Origin: Candidatus Nanopusillus sp.
GTDB lineage: Archaea; Nanobdellota; Nanobdellia; Nanobdellales; Nanobdellaceae
Reading direction: 5' to 3'
DNA length: 20,484 nt
Assembly: GCA_028275885.1 (NCBI GenBank)
Contig: JAPWTW010000007.1
Coordinates: forward strand, 1-20,484
Positions 7,706 to 14,857 of this stretch are shown here, one piece after another. The first letter of the stretch is position 1. Each line of letters opens with the position of its first letter. A program made the position numbers and the translations under genes. The notes under the pieces were generated by a model that was not told where the DNA came from, did no database searches, and saw nothing but the letters and a program-made list of their open reading frames with translations.

Positions 7706-8854
7706 TTATTTTTTAATTTCTATTAAAAATCCTTTAAGATATGATAACTCCTTATGAGGAAATATAACTTTATGATCTAGAGCCTGATTAAATTTATATA
7801 ATATTTCAAATTTCTTATTTTTTCTCCTTATTAATGTTCTAATTAATGAATAAAATTTTCTTTCATTCAAATCCTGAGAACATGAAAATGTTATTAAATA
7901 TCCTTCATCAATTAAATCTAAGGCAATAGAATTTATTAATATAAAACTTTTAATTCCCTTTTCATAATTTTCTGCCAACAAATCTGGAGGATCCAATATA
8001 ATTATATCAAATTTTCTTTTTTCTAAATAAAATTGCTTTAATATTCTATATGCATTATCATTTATAACATTATAATTTTCTATGTTATTTAATTTTAAGT
8101 TCTTATATAACATATTAATTGCTTCTTTATTTTTTTCAATAAAATATTTTTCTTCTCCATTAATAATTATACCAAAAGATCCTGAATATGAAAATACATC
8201 CAAAACTTTATCTCCATATAATTGACTAACAATTTTTCTATTTTCTCTTTGATCTAAAAACCATCCAGTCTTTTGCCCCTTTAATATATTTGTATAAAAT
8301 TTTTTATTGACTTCCTCTATTTCAGTTTCATATTTATTTCCATAAATAAACCTTTCTATAGGTTTTAAATAAGATCTTTCTCTCTGTTTTCCAATGCTTT
8401 TTTCATAAATTGTAATATCTTTTCCATATATATCTATTAATGCATTTTTAATTAGATTAATATTTTTATCAAAAAAAGCATTTGAATTTTGTATTACGAA
8501 TATATCATTATACTTATCTATAATTAAACCTGATAAAAAATCAGATTCAGAATATACTAATCTATAATGATTTTTATAATTTATTGTCTTCTCTCTATAT
8601 TCTTTTGCTTTCTTTATTTTTTCCTTTATTTCATTATATACATCTATATCTTCATTATATGAAAATATTCTAATGTAATGATATGGATCCTTTGGATTTA
8701 TTATTCCCCAAGCCAAGAAATCATTTTTATATTTTAATTTAACTAATTCGCCAGGTTCAGCTTCAATTTTTTTTATCCAATTTACAGAGAAAACTTGTTT
8801 TCCTTTTCTTATCTCTCTTTTTACTCTTTCCCCAACTTCAATTTCATATTGCAT
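7706..8854 (-). CDS. PUA-domain class I SAM-dependent RNA methyltransferase (RlmI/COG1092-like)
   Basis: There is an N-terminal PUA-like segment (PGELVKLKY...FLAWGIINPKDPYHYIRIFS). VLDVFSYSGSFG is SAM motif I. IILDPP is catalytic motif IV. The stop abuts the rps3ae stop with a 0-bp gap. The start overlaps the upstream ORF by 11 bp. Confidence 0.75.
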   Translation of the reverse strand: MQYEIEVGERVKREIRKGKQVFSVNWIKKIEAEPGELVKLKYKNDFLAWGIINPKDPYHYIRIFSYNEDIDVYNEIKEKIKKAKEYREKTINYKNHYRLVYSESDFLSGLIIDKYNDIFVIQNSNAFFDKNINLIKNALIDIYGKDITIYEKSIGKQRERSYLKPIERFIYGNKYETEIEEVNKKFYTNILKGQKTGWFLDQRENRKIVSQLYGDKVLDVFSYSGSFGIIINGEEKYFIEKNKEAINMLYKNLKLNNIENYNVINDNAYRILKQFYLEKRKFDIIILDPPDLLAENYEKGIKSFILINSIALDLIDEGYLITFSCSQDLNERKFYSLIRTLIRRKNKKFEILYKFNQALDHKVIFPHKELSYLKGFLIEIKK

Positions 8855-10181
8855 ATTCTATTGATAATATTAAATAATACAAACCTGAATTTATATTGCC
8901 CATATTTATTAAATCTTTTCCAAATTGTAAATAATTGTAAGAAGTTATAGAAAATCCATATCTATTATAATAATAATAATCTAACTGTTCTATTGATTTT
9001 ATAGTATCATTACTAACATAATTTGTACTATTACTTACATAGAAGAAATATAAATTAGATAAATAATTTCTTTTTTCAAAACAAGATAGATTTGATGGTA
9101 ATTGATATAAATATAAATATTGCATTAGTGTATATTGTTGATCTATCAATGAACATTTATTTTCTTTGTATATATTATTTGTTATTGATAAAAATTGAGC
9201 CCAACCAATTGCTGAATAATATCTCCAATATGATTCTTGTAAATTATTCAAAGTTTTGTTAGCTTCTTCTAGTCTTAATATTACTTGATATTTTATTTCC
9301 TCACATTCATAATTTCCAAAGCATTCATAATTATTTATATAATTATAAAAATCTGCTATATCTTTTTCCAATTCTTCTTTAGTTATTTTTGGATAGAATT
9401 GAGGATTTGTAACTTTTTGTTCAAAACATAAACTTGCTGCTGTATAATAATTTCCTAAAGAAATATAATAATTTACAGTACTATTATCTATCCCGCTACA
9501 TATTTCATTCGTTATATTTTTCATAACATCTATATAATCCTTAGGAACATTATATGTATTATTAAATTGCTCTCCAAAATATATTCTTTCTAAATCAAGT
9601 ATTGTATATGCCGGAATTATTTTAGAATTATTATAATATGGAGCTACCATATATGGAAAATATTGTAAAGTAGCATTTAGTTTATATTCAATACCTTCAA
9701 CTGGTGCTATTATTCCATTTGGTAACATAAAACCTGTAATTGGATAATTAACTATCACAGTTTTATTTGATAAAGCTTGTAAAACAAGTAAGGTTAATCC
9801 TGCAGTACCAGAAAATCCTTCAGCAAACAACACATCATTTGAACTAAAATAATAATCATAATAATTACATTTATCAGGATATATATTACATGCGGCATCT
9901 TTTGCAAATAAATATACTAAATTATAATTATCATAAAATACTGGAGGTATTGATGCATATACTCTTCCAAAACCTGGAGATATTCTTAAGAAAAATTGTG
10001 TAATTTCTCCAGATAAATTATTTGATTGATTTAGAACTGCAGGAATATATACCGAATATTCATTACTATACAAAAAATTAAATCTTTCACTACTATATAA
10101 TAAAATTAATAGAAATCCTAATAATACTATAAATAATGCAATTAGGTAATATAATATAATTCTTTTGTTCATTTTATTCAA
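8844..10181 (-). CDS. Membrane-anchored Lon/S16-like serine protease domain protein (COG1750-like) with a Cys/Tyr-rich helical C-terminal domain
   Basis: There is one N-terminal TM (IILYYLIALFIVLLGFLLILLY). IPAV...G...RISPGFGRVYASIPP, then AEGFSGTAGLTLLVLQAL (compare Lon G-P-S-A-G) and ITGFMLPNGIIAPVEGIEYKLNA (compare Lon TGEI...G.V.PIGG..EK). This gives a Ser-Lys dyad with the spacing seen in Lon proteolytic domains. The match is from memory of motifs only. Confidence 0.5.
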   Translation of the reverse strand: MNKMNKRIILYYLIALFIVLLGFLLILLYSSERFNFLYSNEYSVYIPAVLNQSNNLSGEITQFFLRISPGFGRVYASIPPVFYDNYNLVYLFAKDAACNIYPDKCNYYDYYFSSNDVLFAEGFSGTAGLTLLVLQALSNKTVIVNYPITGFMLPNGIIAPVEGIEYKLNATLQYFPYMVAPYYNNSKIIPAYTILDLERIYFGEQFNNTYNVPKDYIDVMKNITNEICSGIDNSTVNYYISLGNYYTAASLCFEQKVTNPQFYPKITKEELEKDIADFYNYINNYECFGNYECEEIKYQVILRLEEANKTLNNLQESYWRYYSAIGWAQFLSITNNIYKENKCSLIDQQYTLMQYLYLYQLPSNLSCFEKRNYLSNLYFFYVSNSTNYVSNDTIKSIEQLDYYYYNRYGFSITSYNYLQFGKDLINMGNINSGLYYLILSIEYAI

Positions 10182-10195
10182 AGTAGAGGAAATCT

Positions 10196-11050
10196 TTATA
10201 AATTTCCATTATCCACTAATTTTAAAGACTTAAGTAATTTATTTAAATTATTTAAATAATTTTCTACTGTTTTTTGATTATATTTTGTTCTAAAATTAAT
10301 TTTAAAGTAATATACGTTTTCACCATTTATATATATATTTTCTTCTTCTTTTAAACTTAAATTATAAGCATTATATTTGCGTAAATCTTTTATAATTCTA
10401 TTAAAATTTTGTTTTATTATTCTTTTTGCACTATATAAATCTCCTATATTTTTAGAATAAAAATAAACTCTTCCATAAAGGTTAACTTTTTCAATCTTTC
10501 TAATTAAGCCAAATTTTATTGTATTTTCTAATAAATATTGATATACTATTAATTGATTTGAAATTGTTTTTATTTTATTGAGAACTTTTTTAATAAAATA
10601 TTCATTTTCTTTTGATCCATATATAGTATAAAAGTACATAAGATTAAATGATTTTATTTCATAAATCCTTGCTTTATTATTCATCTTACCTTCAAAATTT
10701 AAGCCATCAGGTTCCCCAATTATTAATATGGGATATCCATTATAGTATTCAACCGATATTAGATAATATTTCTTAGACTTTGTCTTTGATCTTTCTATAT
10801 TTTCAAAATATTCTACAATTTCTTTCTTTTCTTTTTCCCATTGAATACCTTCTTTGTCATTAAATTTTCTCATCGGAAGAACTGAAGCTACTGTAAGTAT
10901 ATTTCCATATGCCCATTTTATATTATATTTTAAAAATTCTTTGAATTTCTTTAGATATAAATTATCATTATAAGGATCGTTTATTTTCATATTTATTTCT
11001 ATTTCTCTTATTAAATCATCTAATGTTGCTATTCCATAATGATTATACAT
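10196..11050 (-). CDS. Hypothetical PD-(D/E)xK nuclease-like protein (RecB/Cas4-like motifs, no cysteines)
   Basis: The start is re-set to the ATG at 11050 (MYNHYG...), because the first 41 codons of ORF 10196..11173 translate tRNA-Ser. ILIIGEPDGL, then 13 residues, then YEIKS gives D...ExK. NQLIVYQYLL downstream resembles the RecB-family QhxxY motif. There is no Cys, so no Cas4 Fe-S cluster. Confidence 0.45.
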   Translation of the reverse strand: MYNHYGIATLDDLIREIEINMKINDPYNDNLYLKKFKEFLKYNIKWAYGNILTVASVLPMRKFNDKEGIQWEKEKKEIVEYFENIERSKTKSKKYYLISVEYYNGYPILIIGEPDGLNFEGKMNNKARIYEIKSFNLMYFYTIYGSKENEYFIKKVLNKIKTISNQLIVYQYLLENTIKFGLIRKIEKVNLYGRVYFYSKNIGDLYSAKRIIKQNFNRIIKDLRKYNAYNLSLKEEENIYINGENVYYFKINFRTKYNQKTVENYLNNLNKLLKSLKLVDNGNL

Positions 11051-11087
11051 AATTGCATAGTTAATATTACTATTTATAAAAAATAAA

Positions 11088-11171
11088 CGCCGCGGGTGGG
11101 ATTTGAACCCACGCCCCCTTTCGGGGAATGGATTAGCAATCCATCCCCTTGGGCCACTCGGGCACCGCGGC
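11088..11171 (-). tRNA. tRNA-Ser (anticodon GCU)
   Basis: Hand-folded: GCCGCGG-UG-CCC-GAGUGGCCCAA-GGG-G-AUGGA-UUGCUAA-UCCAU-UCCCCGAAAGGGGGC (long variable arm)-GUGGG-UUCAAAU-CCCAC-CCGCGGC-G. The long variable arm and discriminator G fit Ser. No CCA is encoded. Confidence 0.93.
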
Positions 11172-11193
11172 ATATTAAATTTTTAAAAATTAT

Positions 11194-11202
11194 TATTTAT
11201 AA
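11194..11202 (-). promoter_or_regulatory. Candidate TATA box (TTATAAATA) at -31..-23 of tRNA-Ser position +1
   Basis: Read on the minus strand in the 33-nt spacer between the upstream stop (11205) and the tRNA 5' end (11171). The distance fits archaeal TATA-to-TSS spacing with transcription starting at or near +1. AT-rich background makes chance matches likely. Confidence 0.35.
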
Positions 11203-11204
11203 CT

Positions 11205-11612
11205 TTAAGTTGAAATATTATACTTTATATCATATAGAATATTATTAAAAGCATACAATAATTGAATTAGTGTATTATTTTCAATAATTATATTTTTTAC
11301 ATAACATAATACTGATTGATCTGGATATATTATTTCTTTTTCACATGTTAGATTATATAGATTTCCAGTTATATTTAATATAAAATTAGAAGTATTTATA
11401 TATGGCAATTGATAGTCAGTTATATTTAGATATAAAGTATTATTTACATAATTTACATTATATTGATATGGATTTGGATAAAATGTTATATTTATTGGCA
11501 TATTTTCCGAAATACTTATATTTTTGCCAAATAATTTATAAAAGGCTATATAAAATATTACAAAAAATATTACTGTAAACACAACAAATGTTATTATATC
11601 TTCCCTTTTCAT
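11205..11612 (-). CDS. Hypothetical small membrane-anchored or secreted protein
   Basis: This 135-aa ORF has a single N-terminal TM (IITFVVFTVIFFVIFYIAFY) followed by an Asn/Tyr-rich domain with many N-x-S/T sites. No family is recognised. Confidence 0.5.
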   Translation of the reverse strand: MKREDIITFVVFTVIFFVIFYIAFYKLFGKNISISENMPINITFYPNPYQYNVNYVNNTLYLNITDYQLPYINTSNFILNITGNLYNLTCEKEIIYPDQSVLCYVKNIIIENNTLIQLLYAFNNILYDIKYNIST

Positions 11613-11647
11613 TAAAATTTTTTAAGAATAAAACTTAAAAAGTATTA

Positions 11648-11854
11648 ATGAAAAAAATAAGAGTATTTATTGAAAGATACTATACTGAAAGTAACATTGA
11701 ATTTAATGGAAATACTGTAAAAGATTTGCTAAATATATTAAATTTAGATTCTTCAAGATTTATTGTTGTAAAAAATGGAGAAATTGTAACAGAAGATGAT
11801 ACAATAAATGATGGAGATTATATAAAAATACTAGATTCTGTTTCTGGAGGATAA
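11648..11854 (+). CDS. Ubiquitin-like beta-grasp protein of the ThiS/MoaD/SAMP type, ending in Gly-Gly
   Basis: The protein is 68 aa. VVKNGEIVTEDDTINDGDYIKILDSVSGG-stop has the size, the NG...V...D...DGD.I.I pattern and the C-terminal diglycine typical of sulfur-carrier and SAMP proteins. Confidence 0.65.
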   Translation: MKKIRVFIERYYTESNIEFNGNTVKDLLNILNLDSSRFIVVKNGEIVTEDDTINDGDYIKILDSVSGG

Positions 11855-11885
11855 ACTTATAATATCCGAAATATTTCTCTATTTT

Positions 11886-12803
11886 ATGTATGACCCATTT
11901 TATTTAGATTATTATTCAATAATTAAAAAATATGAAAATCTTGAAGAATTATATTATAAAAAAATATTAATATCTGGAATGGGAGGATCTGGAATTTTTG
12001 GAGATTATACAAAACATATATTAAATGATAGGGAAATATTTGTTTGTAAAGATTATTTTTTACCAAAATTTATTGATAAAGATTGGTTAACAATATTTAT
12101 ATCATATTCTGGAGATACTGAAGAAACATTAAATTGCATGAATGAAGCATTAAATAATGGAAATAAAATTATAGCAATTTCTTCTGGAGGAGAAATGGAA
12201 AAAATAGCTAAGGAAAAAAATCTATATTATATAAAAATTGATAACATTTATCCAGCAACAAGATATACATTTCCAGTAATTTTAGGAATAATTTTATCAA
12301 TATTAGATAAGAAAAAATATTATGAACTATTAGAAATATTAAAAAATTATAGAGAAAGATTAAAGGATTTATCAATATTTGTAAATGACGTAAAAAATCC
12401 AATAATGATTTATACTGATGTAAAGCATGAACCTGTTGCCTTAGCATTAAAAATGCATTTAAATGAAGATGCAAAATGGTTCTCAGAATATGGAATAATT
12501 TCAGAATATAATCATCATGATTTAGAAGGTTTATCAAAATTAAATATAGATTTTATTTTATTGAAATTTAATTATTATGAAAGAATTGAATATAGAATGA
12601 GTTATATGAAAGATTTGTTGGAAATGTATGGAAATAATGTTCTTTTATTCGATTTAAGATATAGAAATTTAATGGAAGAATTAGTTTTAGGTACATTATC
12701 ATTAAGGACTTTTACATTGAAATTAGCAGAAAAGAATAATGTAGACCCATACTATAGTAAAAATATTGCTGGATTAAAAGCATTTTTAAAAAATATTAAA
12801 TAG
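11886..12803 (+). CDS. SIS-domain bifunctional phosphoglucose/phosphomannose isomerase (archaeal PGI/PMI family)
   Basis: ISGMGGSGIFGD, VCKDYFLP, ISYSGDTEETL and IAISSGG are collinear with the crenarchaeal PGI/PMI family. The 305-aa length fits. Confidence 0.7.
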   Translation: MYDPFYLDYYSIIKKYENLEELYYKKILISGMGGSGIFGDYTKHILNDREIFVCKDYFLPKFIDKDWLTIFISYSGDTEETLNCMNEALNNGNKIIAISSGGEMEKIAKEKNLYYIKIDNIYPATRYTFPVILGIILSILDKKKYYELLEILKNYRERLKDLSIFVNDVKNPIMIYTDVKHEPVALALKMHLNEDAKWFSEYGIISEYNHHDLEGLSKLNIDFILLKFNYYERIEYRMSYMKDLLEMYGNNVLLFDLRYRNLMEELVLGTLSLRTFTLKLAEKNNVDPYYSKNIAGLKAFLKNIK

Positions 12804-12875
12804 GATTTTAAATTAGGACTTTAAAATTGTACCAAAGGAAAAATTAGGATTAAAATATATTGAGTAAGAAATAAT

Positions 12876-12905
12876 AAGAGTTAATAGAAATGAATTTTAA
12901 CTCTT
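12876..12905. other. Inverted repeat or hairpin (AAGAGTTAA, 12 nt, TTAACTCTT) in a convergent intergenic spacer
   Basis: The 9-bp perfect arms at 12876-12884 and 12897-12905 were read directly. It lies between the 3' ends of the PGI/PMI gene and pyrG, so it is a possible bidirectional terminator structure. Confidence 0.3.
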
Positions 12906-12965
12906 CTTAATAGATTTATCTACACTTAAAAATAACTTGATATATACCTGTTAAACTATGAAAAA

Positions 12966-14606
12966 TTATTGTCTAACAATCACACGAGACCAGGGAGAAG
13001 GAAATCCTTGCTTTTTACTATATGCAGCATTTAATAGTGCAACAAATAATGGATGTGGATGTAAGGGTCTGCTTTTAAACTCTGGATGAAATTGAGTAGC
13101 TACAAAGAAATAATGATTTGGTAACTCTATCATTTCTACTCTTGGAACATCAGACCTCCAAGCTGAGAAAACAAGACCTTTTTCAGTTAGTATATTAAAG
13201 AACTTTGGATTTACTTCATACCTATGTCTATGTCTTTCTACTATTTCAGTTGTTCCATAGATTGCATGAGCTATTGTACCTTTAACAATATTAATCTTCC
13301 TATTACCAAGTATCATTGTACCACCAAGCTCTTTAATATCTTTCTCTTCTGGCGTTATATCAATTACTGGATATGGTGTATTTGGGTCAACCTCTGTCGT
13401 ATGAGCACCCTTAAGATTGGCAACATTTCTTGCAAACTCAACTACAGCTAATTGCATTCCATAGCATATTCCAAGAAATGGTGTATTATTCTCACGAACA
13501 TACCTAATAGCTTCTATCTTACCCTCAACACCTCTAGCTCCAAAACCTGGTAATACAATAACAGCATCAGCATTATCTAGTTCTTTAATCTTTGAAGGAT
13601 CTTTTTCAATCTCCTCAGTATCGCACCAAATAATATTTGGCTTAATCTTTAACTTAGCTGCAGCATGTTTTATGGCCTCAACAATACTTATATAAGAATC
13701 ATGAAGTTTTACATACTTACCACACATGTATATATTAACTTCATCATTACTATCCTCAAGAGAATTTACAAAATTTACCCAATTATCTAGTTTAGGCTCC
13801 CTAGGTTCTAATCCTAATTTTGTTACTATATATTTTCCAAGTCCCTGTTCTTCTAAGATGAGTGGCACTTTATAAATTGTATCTACATCAGGTGATGTAA
13901 ACACAGCATTAATTGGTACATTTGTAAATAAAGATATTTTCCTTCTAGTTGATTCATCAAGTAACTTTGGCGCCCTTGCAATTATTATATCAGGTTGAAT
14001 ACCAACCCTCCTAAGCTCAGCAACACTATGTTGCAATGGCTTCGTTTTAAGTTCACCTGTAGTTGATAGCAAAGGAACTAAAGCAACATGAACAAATAAT
14101 ACATCATTGGGCATCTCAAGCTTCATTTGTCTTGCAGCTTCAAGAAATGGTAATCCTTCATAATCACCAACTGTACCTCCAATCTCAATTAAAATTATAT
14201 CAGGTTTTTCTCTTTTCGTCACAAGCATTATTCTTCTCTTTATTTCTTCAGTAACGTGAGGTATTAATTGAACTGTCTGACCTAAGTACTCACCTTTACG
14301 CTCTCTTCTAATTACTTTATAATAAACCTGACCGCTAGTTATGTTATGATATTTAGGAATCTCAACATCAAGAAATCTTTCATAATGTCCTAAATCTAAA
14401 TCTGTTTCACCACCATCAAAAGTTACAAACACCTCACCATGCTGGAATGGATTCATTGTACCAGCATCCACATTTAGATATGGATCTATCTTAATTGATG
14501 TTACACGATAACCACGAGCTTGAAGTATTTTGCCAATAGAGGCTGTTGTTATACCCTTACCCAACCCAGACAACACACCTCCTGTAATAAATATATACTT
14601 GCTCAT
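12966..14606 (-). CDS. pyrG: CTP synthase
   Basis: [25 protein letters not shown] is the canonical PyrG N-terminus. The GATase domain has LGICYGMQ (catalytic Cys) and QFHPEF. The 546-aa length fits. Confidence 0.95.
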   Translation of the reverse strand: MSKYIFITGGVLSGLGKGITTASIGKILQARGYRVTSIKIDPYLNVDAGTMNPFQHGEVFVTFDGGETDLDLGHYERFLDVEIPKYHNITSGQVYYKVIRRERKGEYLGQTVQLIPHVTEEIKRRIMLVTKREKPDIILIEIGGTVGDYEGLPFLEAARQMKLEMPNDVLFVHVALVPLLSTTGELKTKPLQHSVAELRRVGIQPDIIIARAPKLLDESTRRKISLFTNVPINAVFTSPDVDTIYKVPLILEEQGLGKYIVTKLGLEPREPKLDNWVNFVNSLEDSNDEVNIYMCGKYVKLHDSYISIVEAIKHAAAKLKIKPNIIWCDTEEIEKDPSKIKELDNADAVIVLPGFGARGVEGKIEAIRYVRENNTPFLGICYGMQLAVVEFARNVANLKGAHTTEVDPNTPYPVIDITPEEKDIKELGGTMILGNRKINIVKGTIAHAIYGTTEIVERHRHRYEVNPKFFNILTEKGLVFSAWRSDVPRVEMIELPNHYFFVATQFHPEFKSRPLHPHPLFVALLNAAYSKKQGFPSPWSRVIVRQ

Positions 14607-14717
14607 TATAATTATTTAATTAACTGTTTAATAAGTTTTGACTACTGAACTTTTAACATTTTTTAACATACTTTCATGCTTAAATTAATCTTAAATCAAA
14701 CATAAAATTAAACATTA

Positions 14718-14751
14718 TATATGTCGTATAACCAAGATTATCCGACATATA
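14718..14751. other. Imperfect 14-position hairpin (TATATGTCG-t-ATAA, 6-nt loop, TTAT-c-CGACATATA)
   Basis: The 9-bp perfect outer stem (14718-14726 / 14743-14751), one mismatch and a 4-bp inner stem were read directly. It sits in the 251-bp spacer, 112-145 nt upstream of the pyrG ATG and about 107 nt downstream of the cysteine desulfurase stop. Confidence 0.4.
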
Positions 14752-14857
14752 CTTATATGTTTATTCTAAAATTTTTAATATATTATATAATTAAATTAGG
14801 CTAGGTTATACTATTAAAATTTTTTATAGAAAATATAATCCATATATAGTCCAAAAA

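Noticed and set aside
11051-11173. The N-terminal 41 codons (MPRCPSGPRGWIANPFPERGRGFKSHPRR...) of ORF 10196..11173.
   Set aside because: This GC-rich stretch is the reverse-strand translation of tRNA-Ser (11088-11171). The Pro/Arg/Gly-rich composition is unlike the rest of the protein. The CDS was re-started at the ATG at 11050.
12808-14800. The exact 10-bp direct repeat TTAAATTAGG on both sides of pyrG, considered as an att site or target-site duplication of an inserted element.
   Set aside because: By a rough estimate, with this base composition a shared A/T-rich 10-mer between two ~200-bp spacers is expected about once by chance. The core AAATTAG also occurs elsewhere, for example upstream of tRNA-Arg and inside CDSs. 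No integrase or transposase is present. It is kept only as a side note to the pyrG composition finding.
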